The position numbers and the translations under genes are program-made. Shown here one piece after another: positions 23,685 to 63,965 of a stretch of 64,000 nucleotides of DNA. The notes under the pieces are model-generated. The model was given only the letters and a program-made list of their open reading frames with translations, was not told the origin of the DNA and did no database searches. Source of the stretch: Macrostomum lignano. Lineage: Eukaryota. Each line of letters begins with the position of its first letter. Position 1 is the stretch's first letter. The stretch is from assembly GCA_002269645.1 (NCBI GenBank), contig NIVC01001521.1, forward strand, positions 124,001 to 188,000, read 5' to 3'.

Positions 23685-25285
23685 CTCTTCTGTTTCCTCT
23701 CTTCTCTCTCGTCCCTCGTCTCTCCTCTCTGCTCTCTCTCCTCTCCTCTCTGCTCTCTCTCCTCTCCTCTCTTCTCTCGTATCTTCCCTCATCTCTCTTC
23801 TCTTCTCTCGTATCTTCCCTCATCTCTCTTCTCTTCTCTCGTATCTTCCCTCATCTCTCTTCTCTTCTCTCGTATCTTCCCTCATTTCTCTTCTTTTTCA
23901 TCTCTCTTATCTCATCTCTTTTATCTTCTTTTCTCTTCTTTTCTCTTTCCTCTCCTCCCACTCTTCTCTCGTCTTTTCCTTCACCTCTCTTCTCTCTCGT
24001 CTTTATTTGCTCTCTGATCTCTCATTTCTCTTTTCTCTCTTCTCCTTTATCTCTTTTCATTTCTCTCTGCTTCCCCCCTCTCTCTCTGCTTCCCCCTCTC
24101 TCTCTGCTCCCCCCCTCTCTCTCTGCTTCCCCCTCTCTCTCTGCTTCCCCGTCTCTCTCTGCTTCCCCCTCTCTCTCTCTGCTTCCCCGTCTCTCTCTGC
24201 TTCCCCCTCTCTCTCTGCTTCCCCCCCTCTCTCTCTGCTTCCCCCCTCTCTCTCTGCTTCCCCCTCTCTCTCTGCTTCCCCCTCTCTCTCTGCTTCCCCC
24301 TCTCTCTCTGCTTCCCCCTCTCTCTCTGCTTCCCCCTCTCTCTCTGCTTCCCTCTCTCTCTCTGCTTCCCCCTCTCTCTCTGCTTCCCCCTCTCTCTCTG
24401 CTTCCCCCTCTCTCTCTCTGCTTCCCCCCTCTCTCTCTCTGCTTCCCCCTCTCTCTCTCTGCTTCCCCCTCTCTCTGCTTCCCCCTCTCTCTCTGCTTCC
24501 CCCCTCTCTCTCTGCTTCCCCAGATGCTTATAAATGCTTTCTTCTCCTCTCTACTCTCTCCCCTCCATTCTCCTCTTTTCTCTCCTCTCGCCTCACTCAC
24601 TTCTCTCTCCCTTTCGTCTCTGTAATCTCTTCTCTCTTATCTCTCCTCTGTTCTCTCTACTCTCCCATCTCTCGTCTGTTCATTTTCGTCTCTGCTCTCA
24701 GCTCATCCCCCCTCTTTCATCTGTCATCTTTACTGTCTTATATGTTCTCTCATTCTGTCCTCTGTACTCTTTTCTTTCACATTGTTTGTCTCCTCACTTT
24801 CCTTTCTCCTTTCTTCTCTTCTCTTCTCTTCCCTCTTCTATGTACTCTCTCCCTCTCTTGTCTCGTCTCTTCTCTCTCCACTCTCCTCTTTTATCTCTCA
24901 TCTCTCATTTCCCATCTCTCCTTACACCTCTCTCATCTGTACAACCTTATCTCTTCTCTCTTCCATTTACTCTCTCATCTCTCCTTTTTCCTCTTTACTA
25001 ACTCCTCTGTGCTCTTCTCTCTGCTCTCCTCTCATCTGCAGCTCTCTACTCTCTCCTCTCCACTCGCTACTCTACTCTCTACTCTCTCCTCTACTCGCTC
25101 CTCTACTATCTCCTCTCTACTCGCTCCTCTACTCTCTCCTCTCCACTCGCTACTCTACTGTCTACTCTCTCCTCTCATCGTCCACACCCTCTCATCTCTC
25201 CTATTATTTTTTCTCTTATTCCCTCTCTCACCTCTCCTCTCTTTTCGAATAGTCTATTCCTTCTTCTCTCGCCTCTCAACTGCCC
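23685..25285. repeat. CT-rich low-complexity tract including an ~18-bp unit (CTTCCCCCTCTCTCTCTG)n at ~24065-24520
   Basis: Direct. Confidence 0.95.
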
Positions 25286-25959
25286 CTCAGCCATAAGCTG
25301 GATTCTTTTCTGGCCTTTGAGGTAAAAGTCTGCCCATTCCTGCTTGGAAAGCCAGTTTGTGGGACGTAGTACTCTCATGGCTGTTCTCATGCTTTGATAG
25401 CAATCTACTAACCCCTTCGGGGGGGGGGGCGCCCAATAAGCAAAAGACGAAAATCCTTCAATGATAAACCGACGGATGTCCAGACTACCGGAAAAACAGC
25501 CACTTCTGCTGCAGCCGAAAACTTAAAACCGAGTTTATATGGCTAAAACTGCTGCTAGGATATAGGACTAGCAATCTAGTTCCCCCCTGGGGCGCCCAAT
25601 AAGCAAGAGAATAAGCTTATTTATAAGAAAGCTCATTTTCTTAAGAGCATATTTGAGTTTTGAAGTCACCTTTTTCGTGTAAATTGTTCCAAAAATGGAA
25701 TAAAAATTTGAGGCTTCTTACATGTTTTACCTGACGCAACTTTTATGTTTGACGTTGAATAAAAGGTTTAAATAAAAAACTTTACACTACTGAGATTCGA
25801 ATCCGGAATTCAGCCAGTCAGTTTTTTATCTAGCATTCTTACAATGCATTTTAAATCAGAAAGTCTGCTTGACCTTTGCATAAAAGCATGTTTTTCGAAT
25901 ATTCGATCCCTTTAGCATTGAGCAATTTCTTAGCCAAGACACGTGTACCGTCAAAAATT

Positions 25960-26800
25960 TTTTTGATCGAACGGTCTGCTCGAGAACTTTAGCTGGCTGC
26001 CAGGCCGCCGCATGAGGCCGGTAGTCCCTGGCCCAGGCCTCCGACCACGGCTCCTCCGGCAGCTCTCGCGCCCGCCGGTCGTGCTGTCGTTTCTGGGCCG
26101 ATTGCTCTCGCAGTACTCGATCCTGGGCTGACGGCCGCAGCAGATCCATTCGAGTCCGAAGCTGCTGCTTCAGGAAGAGCTCCGCTGGTGTCCGACCGGT
26201 CGTTGGGTGCGGGCTAGCTCGGTAGCCCAGCAGCCAGCTGCACAGGCAGATGTTGAGGTCCGGCTGACTGCTCTGTGGCGCCTCCATGGCCATCTTGAAC
26301 GACTTCACCAGCCGTTCCACCAGTCCGTGGGTCTTGGCGTGATATGGACTGCTTCTTGCATGGCGAATTCAATTTGCCTTGCAGACATCGCTAAACCCCA
26401 GGCTGATGAATGCTGGACCGTTGTCCGATACGAGTTCTTGATACGACGCCCCATTGTGCAAAAAACGCAGCTTACGGACCAGCTGGGCCGATTTGAGTCG
26501 CGTCCACTACGAGGAGAAACTGCAGGCGGCCTCGGACCGGTCCGGCAAAGTCAACGTGGATACGGTCCCAGGGCTGGTCTGGCCACACCCAGGGGTGCAG
26601 TGGAAGCCAGCACCGGATGCAGCTTAATGGATTGGCAGTCTTGGCAGCTGCTACAACCAACTCGATGTCAGCATCTATTCCTGGCCCCCAAACAAAAGCT
26701 CTGGCGACACTTTTCATCAGGGCCATGCCGAATTGTTCCGACAGCTCGCGCAGAACTCCAGATGCAGGAATACAACCGCAGCAAGGAAAAGGGCCGAGAG
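25960..26800 (-). mobile_element. Decayed Ty3/Gypsy LTR-retrotransposon pol fragment (integrase)
   Basis: Frameshifted pieces MKSVARAFVW.PGIDADIE, PW.WPDQPWDRIHVDFAGP, LVSDNGPAF, GLVERLVKSFK, YRASPHPTTGRTPAELF give the DDE integrase core. Confidence 0.9.
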
Positions 26801-28887
26801 CGGTGAGATGAGCTTGTTCTAGGTATAGTGAGACGCATTAGTATCACCAAACCGGCTTGGGCCGAGAAAAGGGGTGAGTAACAGAGAGGGAAGCCTCGCC
26901 CAGTCAAACTAGCTGGTTTTCAGACGGCTATCCAGGACAGCAGGTTCTATATGCTAGAGACAGCCAGTGTGCCGTGTTTCCTGCTACATCTGCCTCAGCC
27001 TGGCCGAAGACCTTTCCGTCACGTATGGAGCCAACGGACTGCCGCTAAAAGCAAGCATTTTCAGCGACCCACTGAAGCTTTGACTTTCAGCCAGCTTGTG
27101 AATCCCATGTCCAGAATTAAGAATTGGACTGAAGATTCCTGCAAGGCCGAGTCCTCACCCGAGAGCTGAGACCAAGCTGGTCTCCAGTCTGCTGGATGCG
27201 GTGCAAGACCTCTTGGAGGAAGCAGAAGGGCTGGCAAACAATCGGACTGTGAGCGATATGGATATGATGGGTTCCCTGGCATATGCTTCCAGTTTCAAAG
27301 TTTCTATGTCTGCTGTGGTCAAATGCAATTATATAAAATCAAAATGATGAAAAATAAGCTACTTTCACATAAATGTACAAGGGCCTACAGTGCTACACAT
27401 GTATGTCTCGTTTAATCATTCTCTTTGCTTAAAAACTCTTTGCACGTAATATTCTTTGAAAGGTTCTTTCAATATTCTAAGTTCCCATAATATACTCGTA
27501 ATATAGCAACATAATATCGTATCGAAATTTCTGCCAATTATCTATCATTGAATTTGTACAGATCCTTTGAGCCATTCTATAACGATTCGATGGCGATAAT
27601 TTGTTATAGAATCGTCATCGATTTTTTCAGTGGCTCAGGCTGCGGGGGTAGGGGGAGGGCGAGGGCTCAAACAAAGGGCCGGAGCACCCACCCCTATATA
27701 ACCAGCCAGAACTGCATGGTTGCCGGGGAGGCCGCCCCAAACAAGGCATAGAAAAACAAATGCAAGATTGGACTACCAGTCTCATGGACAAAATCGTTAA
27801 GAGAACACCTGCGCTACAGACATTCTCTGTCTCACTCAACAATGAACTGAAACGACAATGCGACTTAAGACTGCTGCGCTGGTTTCAGTCTATTGAGCAC
27901 GGATTGCTTCAGGAAATCAGAACTTTGTCAGTTGGCAGTCAAGCAAAACAGCCGATTCGACTGGTAGGCCAGGGTTTGAAAAGCATCTCAAAAAGCTGCC
28001 CAAGCTTTGGATGAATGGCAGAATTTTCAGCTTCATAAAAGATCTGCTGTCTGCTTAGCGCTGAATGCGACTCCGACACTGACATTCGTTCAAGAAAAAT
28101 TACCATAGAATTCTTAATTTTCTAAACGAAAGGCTTTATAAATATCAATAGATTTTTGTGCTGAAAAAATGAAACCGTAGTTTACCTTCTACTCAAGTAG
28201 TCCTTGAGAATTTCATAAACACACCATGAGGGATGGACCGGATGGTTAAGATAGTTGTGCGTTATAAGTATATTTGAAGTTAGGCACAAATTTTGTCAAC
28301 TTAGCTGTAGTTATTCATTTAGAAAGAAACTATGCGGGTATATGAGCACACAAAATTTGGTGCTGCATCCAGATCGAAAATTCTCATTGCAGACAACAAC
28401 ATTAATATAGTCATAGTCCAAGCACTAAAAAACGGTTTTAACAAGCGATAAGACAATACAACAAAAGATTATGTGGTTTCAACAAATTGTTTAATTTAGG
28501 AATTTAGGATATTAGGATATAGGATATTTAGGATATTAGCATAATTTAGGAATCACAATGGATATGCGGGCTGCAGGTTCCGATTAATTAACGTCAAAGG
28601 TGCACGCCTTCCCGGTTGCTGTGGTCAGTAGCTTGTTTGATTTTTAATCGTTCAAAGAGATTAATAATGAAGCGTCACTACAGGATTTACCTACGAAAGT
28701 TCAATCTAGCAGAAACAGGCGTCAAGTACTGAAAAAATCGAAGAGTTGTAACATTTTGATTCGAATAACATCAGAATAATATTAATTCATAACAATGTTT
28801 GAATAGTTGGTCGTTTAAATTGACAGTTTTTCCAAGTAATGTTGTTGGCAAACTTTTCTGTGCTAACTTATGAAGCTGTACTTAGTT

Positions 28888-29898
28888 TCAATCTCCGAAG
28901 AAAACTTTATTAATGGCTTCCTCTGGCAGATTCGTATTAGAAACGGCCACGGCTCTGACCACACCTTGAAGCATGTACTTGTTGTTGTACCGAAAGCCCA
29001 CATGGATGCAGGCTCCGGCTTGGTAGAAGCTTTTCGTCTGATCAAAGACGCCGGCAGTCGGTAGAAACTTTGCTCCATAGAAGAAGCGAGTCAGGTTCTG
29101 CTGCCTCCTGAATGAGACGCCAGCGATGAAGAACTCGTTCGGGTCCGCAGGCAGCACCGAGCCGGTCTGGAATCTGGCGAAGTAACCCGGGTTTAGGTAG
29201 AGGGCGTAACTCACTCCTACCATCGATGAGTACTCCTGCAGGTGGTCGAGCATGTTGCCGGATCCGATGCAGCTGCTCAGCTCCAGAAAGACAACTTCAC
29301 CTGGAGTTCTCTTCAGGTGCAGCACCCAGGTGTAGGTCTCCGTGAAGTCCAGACCTGTGGGGTCGTCCACCCACAGCCGAGACGAGACTCCGTCCATGCG
29401 AGCGCCCTCACTCGTCCAGGTCACATTGAGCGACTTCATGGGGTTCCTCTGTCCCTCGGAGCCGCACACCAGGTTCTCCAGCGCCGGTCCCCTGTCTCCG
29501 ACCCACACAGCGCTGAAGTGCTCGTTCGCAGCGATCGTGTCGTACTCCGAGTCCACCACGGTCTCGCAGGTGCTCTCAGCGGCCACTCCCGCAGTCTTTG
29601 TAGACGAGTTGATCGAGGTCAAGTTGAGCAGGCGGCACACCTCACCGAAGCGGAACAGCGCGCACGAGGCGTCTCGCTTGTTCCGCTGCACCACGCCGAC
29701 GCTGCCGAGACGGAACGACCGACTCGACATGAAACAGTTGAGCAGGGAGGCGGAGGGTCGCGGCATTTGCCACACCGATAGCGACAAGTTCAGGCAGTCG
29801 TTGTTGGCTACTCTGTGCTGTGCAGTTCTGTCTCCGTTCACACAGTCAAAGACCGAGAGCAAGGCGCACAGAACAGCGAGATGTAGGAGACTGGACAT
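28888..29898 (-). CDS. Secreted Cys-rich protein with probable C-terminal concanavalin-A/LamG-like domain, intronless, 336 aa
   Basis: Signal peptide MSSLLHLAVLCALLSVFDCVNG; N-terminal Cys spacing recalls a degenerate PAN/Apple module; the C-terminal GFRYNNKYMLQGVVRAVAVSNTNLPEEAINKVF resembles the LamG_3 terminal motif. Confidence 0.75.
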   Translation of the reverse strand: MSSLLHLAVLCALLSVFDCVNGDRTAQHRVANNDCLNLSLSVWQMPRPSASLLNCFMSSRSFRLGSVGVVQRNKRDASCALFRFGEVCRLLNLTSINSSTKTAGVAAESTCETVVDSEYDTIAANEHFSAVWVGDRGPALENLVCGSEGQRNPMKSLNVTWTSEGARMDGVSSRLWVDDPTGLDFTETYTWVLHLKRTPGEVVFLELSSCIGSGNMLDHLQEYSSMVGVSYALYLNPGYFARFQTGSVLPADPNEFFIAGVSFRRQQNLTRFFYGAKFLPTAGVFDQTKSFYQAGACIHVGFRYNNKYMLQGVVRAVAVSNTNLPEEAINKVFFGD

Positions 29899-30129
29899 TT
29901 TGTGACGTATTGCAAGCTTCTGTGAGTCAGTAGAAGAGAAGTCTGCCTGTATTGAGACCCTCATCATCGGATCGTACCGCAGTTTTGAGCTTTTGGCTGA
30001 AGGCGCCCTGATTGGCTTAAGTTTCTCATTGGCTTTTAGCAGCTTGTTAATTTTGACGGCATGTTTACCTTGACGCTACAATTGCTGTGGAGAGTTCCCG
30101 GAGTTCTGACTTTGAGGCGACGGTCATTT

Positions 30130-30351
30130 TAGTTCATAGAAAAGCAAGCAAATTGAGGTTTGAGGACGCCCCCACAGGTCTGGACTTCACGGCGTCCTAC
30201 ACCTGGGTGCTGCACCTGAAGAGAACTCGCAGGGCTCAGCGCTTCATCGAGCTGGATAATTGCGGATCATTGACTTACCTGACTTAGCCGCAAGGGTGTT
30301 CGTGAATGGACGCACCGAGAATGCGACGTGCAGTCTGCTGATCGATGACAC
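30130..30351 (+). pseudogene. Partial, inverted paralog of the 28888-29898 gene, cut by an RTE fragment
   Basis: KLRFEDAPTGLDFTASYTWVLHLKRT vs RLWVDDPTGLDFTETYTWVLHLKRT; the frame closes shortly after. Confidence 0.7.
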
Positions 30352-30866
30352 AGCGGATGGTGGCAACTTGCTCGGTAGTGGACCTGCCCGGGCGGAAGCC
30401 ACTTTGGAGGCTCAGCAGCAGCGGGTTGAGGCCGGGTAGGAGGCGGTTGCGCAGAATCGCATTCAGCAGCTTCGGCGTTGTGCATTCCAGCGCGATGCCC
30501 CGCTGGTTGTCCAGGCTGGTGGAGGCACCTTTCTCAGGGATGGAGACAGTCTTGAGATGCGTCATTGCTGAGGAGCTGAGGCGGTCTCGTTGCCTCCAAG
30601 GCTGCAGTGCTGGTACATGTACAACAGGCTGGTGATGATCGGGGTGAGCTCGGGCAGCTTCAGGACCCTGGGAGGGATGGCGTCCATCCCAGCGGCGGCA
30701 TCAGCTCGCATGGTCCTCAGTGCTCGGAGGCCTGCAAGACCCGCCAGCGCTCCGTGTCAATCATCTTCGTCGACTTTCGCAAGGCGTTTGACTCGGTGTC
30801 CAGGCCTGCGATCGCGTGGCTTCTATCTCAAAATGGCGTATCTGCTGCGCTGGTGAGCGCGGTGAT
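30352..30866. mobile_element. RTE-like non-LTR retrotransposon reverse-transcriptase fragment with 5' part inverted
   Basis: Minus 30726->30352 reads RALRTMRADAAAGMDAIP...KGASTSLDNQRGIALE...QSGFRPGRSTTEQVATIRCVI. Plus 30727->30866 continues EACKTRQRSVSIIFVDFRKAFDSV. Confidence 0.9.
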
Positions 30867-30985
30867 TTGGCGCTGCAGGCACTCTTTTGGCGCCGCAGGC
30901 ACTCCTTTTGGCGCCCCGGGCTCTCTTTTGGCACCGCAGACTCTCATTTTGATTTTGGCGCCAAAGGCACTGTTTTTGCGCCCTG
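30866..30985. repeat. Short degenerate TTTTGGCGCC-containing repeat
   Basis: About five loosely spaced copies directly after the RT fragment. Confidence 0.7.
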
Positions 30986-32234
30986 AAGAAAAATATATTA
31001 ATTACCACAACGGGTCACAAGTTGGAATGGGGGGACAAAGCATTGGCAAAGCATTAGCATTGCCAGACGCGACGCGACGCGCCTGGGTGCATGCAAAAAT
31101 CGAAGTCGAAGTCGAAGTCGCAAATGTAGCTACATAGCCTTCTATCATTGTGCACGAAAACAGAACAGAAATTCTCGCTCAAAGTAGTCTTAAACTTCTT
31201 GCAAAAGTAACTTAAAATTTTGCTGGCTTTTCTCTCCGCTTTCGATGATAGCTTGATGTTTGTTAACCTAAAATGCTTTGCATATAAAACGATTACTAAT
31301 CTCATTTGCAATAATATTCTACCGTCAACTTTGCGACTTCACTCTTACATGTATTCCCACACGTAGTACCAGAGGCCATACCAGAGAGCTATTTCGAGAC
31401 AGTGCATTATAACAAAAGCTTAATTTTATGATTTGGTGCTGAAAAATGCTAAATTGAAAAAAAAATTAATAATGAAAAAGTAATTACTTTAGTCAGCAAG
31501 TACTCATTTAGTATTGAGCTGTTCAGACTCTTGCCCTAAAATGGTTAAGGGGCGTTTCATAAGCTGAATTTAAACTTAATTTATCATATGTAAACTCGAA
31601 ACTTGCTTAAAATGTACTTAAAAGCAGTCGCGGAGGATCAAAGAGGATCAAAGAGGATCCTTAGAGGTATTTAACTAGACTTTTTCATTTCATAACCTTG
31701 GGTGACAGAGCAGCTCATTAGAGAACGCTTCTGAGTCTCGCGACCCTTCGAGACCGTCCTTTTCAAATGCAGCGATTGTAAAATTGCTTCACGCCAAAAA
31801 CACGTCTGATTCGGAAAAACGAAACAACTAAAACAAAAAAGGCAGATTTTCAAATATCAATTAACGGAAGATATGTTTGTGCCTGTTTACTTCATTATCA
31901 TTTGGCTCAATTTTATTAATAATATATAATGTAATTAATCCAAAAGCTAATTTTTATTTGTTACACTTAAACAGTTAATGAGCGATTATAATGTACCTTT
32001 TAGGCGCTATTTTTTTAAATTATACAGACAGACAGACAGACAGACACTAAGAACAATTTGCCAGTATTGTACATGCATGCTAATATTAGTAGTGATTGTG
32101 AAAGTTGTAGAAATACATGAAAGCATTGGTTTATACAGTAAATAAATATATCAAGATGCACTTTGATTCATTGATTCACGATTATATATCAATCTTTAAA
32201 GTTAAGTTTAAGATTTTTTGATAGGTCTTCGTGT

Positions 32235-32920
32235 GTCTAAGGGACGTGGATGTCTAGGGGAGGTATTGGATTTCTATAGGAGGTATTGGGTGTCTAGAGG
32301 AGGTATTGGGTGTCTAGAGGAGGTATTGGGTGTCTAGAGGAGGTATTGGGTGTCTAGGGGAGGTATTGGGTGTCTGAAAGAGGCATTGGGTGTCTGAAAG
32401 AGGTATTGGGTGTCTGAAGGAGGTATTGGGTGTCTGAAGGAGGTATTGGGTGTCTGAAGGAGGTATTGGGTGTCTGAAGGAGGTATTGGGTGTCTGAAGG
32501 ATTTATTGGGTGTCTGAAGGAGGTATTGGGTGTCTGAAAGAGGTATTGGGTGTCTGAAGGAGGTATTGGGTGTCTGAAGGAGGTATTGGGTGTCTGAAGG
32601 AGGTATTGGGTGTCTGAAAGAGGCATTGGGTGTCTGAAAGAGGTATTGGGTGTCTGAAGGAGGTATTGGGTGTCTGAAGGAGGTATTGGGTGTCTGAAGG
32701 AGGTATTGGGTGTCTGAAGGAGGTATTGGGTGTCTGAAGGAGGTATTGGGTGTCTGAAGGATTTATTGGGTGTCTGAAGGAGGTATTGGGTGTCTGAAAG
32801 AGGTATTGGGTGTCTGAAGGAGGTATTGGGTGTCTGAAGGAGGTATTGGGTGTCTGAAGGATTTATTGGGTGTCTGAAGGAGGTATTGGGTATCTGAAGG
32901 AGGTATTGGGTGTCTGGATT
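32235..32920. repeat. 20-bp minisatellite (GGAGGTATTGGGTGTCTGAA)n
   Basis: Direct periodicity. Confidence 0.97.
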
Positions 32921-33299
32921 ATTTAGGAGTCAAGGGGTGTCTTTTGAGTAAACATGTTGCATTAATTTTTTATTTAATTTATAATCTATGTACAGCCGTT
33001 GTTAAGCTAAACACTTTTCTGAGAAAATGTCACAAAATATTTGTTTAAATCATTTGATTTGGTTAAACAAAACATGTTTGTAAGGCATAGAAATATAAGC
33101 AAAAACAATACAAGAAGCTCCAAGTCTGTTCAACTGGAAGTGACAATCAAAACTGTATTCAGTCCTTGTCTTTAGATTGGCCTTTCGCGCTGGCTGGATA
33201 ACTGATTGAACTGAAATTTAAATTGAACATCAAATAAATTAGTTGCATGTAAGCTCGCATCATTGATTTAAGCGCATTATTAGCTACTTTCAGTAGAAC

Positions 33300-53446
<20,147 letters not shown>

Positions 53447-53694
53447 GAACTCCGGTGAGTGCAGAGTTTATACAGCAGTCGGGATAAGCAGGCCTGAGCC
53501 CCCAGAGGACTTGCCTGAGCTCAGTAAAAAAAGGGCAGACGGAAGCCCAGCAGCGGTGGACAAACACGCAGGAAGGCACGCGCGCACTGAGTGCTGCTTG
53601 CTCTCTTTGCGTTCTTTGCTTCTCTCCTCCTCTGCTCTCTCTCGGCTCTCTTTACTTTTTGAGCAATGCAAGCTGCGCTATAGAAACGGAAGTG

Positions 53695-53708
53695 GTTGCT
53701 ATGGCGAT
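53695..53708. promoter_or_regulatory. RFX X-box-like element GTTGCTATGGCGAT ~250 bp upstream of the large gene's ATG
   Basis: Close match to GTTGCYATGGCAAC; adjacent ETS-like CGGAAGT and a second half-site (reverse complement GTTTCTATAGCG). Confidence 0.5.
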
Positions 53709-54529
53709 GCGAGAGGTCCTATCAAGGAAGCTGGCCTGGACGGACGATTAAGAAAAGTAGGATAATTTGAAAAGCTTTAATGGAGATCTCTTCTCCTGAG
53801 AGAGAAATATATTAGTGACTGCCTGAGTACTAAATATGCTGTGTGAGTTGCATAGTCAGGCAGACGGTCTGACAGAGGGTTACACTCTGCATCAGATTAA
53901 TCAGCCAATCAGAATTCACACTAAAACACAGGGGAGACAGGGTGGGGTGAGGCGAGGGGTGAAGGCAGGCCAGAAATCTCCATCCGAAAAAAAGCACAAA
54001 CAGAAAATAAGTGGCAACCATTTTTCTAGGCGACGCGAAAGCATATTTTTCAATTCTGACAAAAAATAAACGGAGCTCGAGTGGAGAATAGAGTGAGTGA
54101 GGGAGTGAGGGAGAGATAAGGGCCTCGAGCTACTTGCTCGCAACTGACGGCATTAAATAAATGAATAGTTAGGTTAGACTAGGCGAGAGAGAGAGAGAGA
54201 GAGAGAGAGAGGCAGACGCTTGTGCTGAGAAAAATCTCGACAACGGTGGAGGAACCCAGGCTGAGCAGTCTACTCAGGGGCTGCTTTGCAGAATTGCTGT
54301 TTTTTTGCTGCATCAAGATCTGCGGAAAACACCGCCAAGGCGCACTCTATTAGAGAGCCATTGCTCTGCTCTCTAACACTCGAAATCTACCTGTAGAACA
54401 ATTATTGCAGCGCTGGAGGCACTGTGGCCTTTGTGAAGACATTGCCACTCTGCCCTTTGAGTGTACCGTCTGCTTGCATGCGTGTGTGACAGTGCACTGC
54501 TGCACTGTGAGGCTGGTTTCACATCTGTC

Positions 54530-55275
<746 letters not shown>

Positions 55276-55889
55276 AGTCCATTCTGTTAAAGCAGAAGTC
55301 ACCGCTCATTATCGCATTAAACTCCCCCATTATATTTGACGTTTAATTCATAGAGCGGCCTGACAATTGATTGATAAATAGCGATGAGGTGAGCAGAAAC
55401 AATCGAAATAATGCAAATGGTTCTCTGCACAGCATCTGCAGCAACAGCTGTTCCTGATGGTGCCTGTTAAAACTGACTGCGACTTCATGGGAAAAAAAGT
55501 GCAAGAGCAGCAATCAATTTAAACAGTTTTTTCAGAGTTCACATGAATTCTATCAAAATCTACTAGAAGCCTACTTGACAAAATGATAAAATTATAAATC
55601 TGTGCGTGTAATATTATTGAAATTTCTAAACTGTGTAAGATAACGAGTGCTATGAATGTTTTGAGTTAATTTCTGGTTGCGATTAAAATAGTTGCATTTT
55701 ACATTAATTACGTCTCTCAGTAGTGTGTCTGGAGCAGGAACAACAGATCAACAACAGTACAATTACTTAGTGCTGTGAAGTATCACATTTCATTGCTTAT
55801 GCATGCAAGTACAACGTTCTATATATCATAGTTTATTCATTTTAAGCCATAGTTGTACTCCTTCAAATATTCATAGCTGGCTACATTTG

Positions 55890-56093
55890 TCAGTCAGTCA
55901 GTCACCCACTCACTCAAGTCAGTCAGTCAGTCAGTCAGTCAGTCAGTCAGTCAGTCAGTCAGTCAGTCAGTCAGTCAGTCAGTCAGTCAGTCAGTCAGTC
56001 ACTCAGTCAGTCAGTCAGTCAGTCAGTCAGTCAGTCAGTCAGTCAGTCAGTCAGTCAGTCAGTCAGTCAGTCAGTCAGTCATCAGTCAGTCAG

Positions 56094-56100
<7 letters not shown>
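55890..56100. repeat. (CAGT)n microsatellite beginning at the GPCR stop codon
   Basis: Direct. Confidence 0.97.
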
Positions 56101-63528
<7,428 letters not shown>

Positions 63529-63674
63529 CTGAGAGAGGGACAGAGAGAGAGTGAGAGGAAGATCCTCATTACTGACCTTACAGTTGACCCGTCCATTGAT
63601 TTCTCACATTGATCCACTGCTTCCCATGCACTCTTGTCTCTTGTCTAACTCTTGCTTCTACTGTTGAAAGACAC

Positions 63675-63965
63675 GGGGTGTAGCCTAGTGGTTAAAGCGG
63701 ATCGGGCTTCGCGACTTCAAGGTCGGGGGTTCGATTCTCGACATACTCGTAACAATTTGTGTCCTTGAGCAAGTCACTTAATTAACTCTGCATTGCTTCA
63801 GTCTAACCAGCTGTAAAATGGGTGCCAAAATTAGCTGTGGTAATTGAGGGTGTGGGTGGCAACCCCCCCACCCAGTCCTTGGACCTAGCTGTGGCTGAGC
63901 TGTCGGTTGCACATCTGCCCATTTAAGGCAGGCGTTGTAAATTATTCTTAATTACTAATTATTTA
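63675..63965 (+). mobile_element. tRNA-derived CORE-type SINE with AT-rich tail
   Basis: A box TAGCCTAGTGG, B box GGTTCGATTC, CORE-like block, same family as 21412. Confidence 0.88.

Noticed and set aside
27574-27621. Overlapping inverted repeats suggesting a pseudoknot or pre-miRNA
   Set aside because: The two stems overlap with no linker, so they are mutually exclusive; stems of 10-11 bp are too short for a pre-miRNA.
27760-28014. 84-aa ORF after a TATA-like element
   Set aside because: No recognisable motif; short enough to be chance.
29242-29905. Plus-strand ORFs overlapping the secreted-protein gene
   Set aside because: Antisense shadows of a GC-rich coding sequence.
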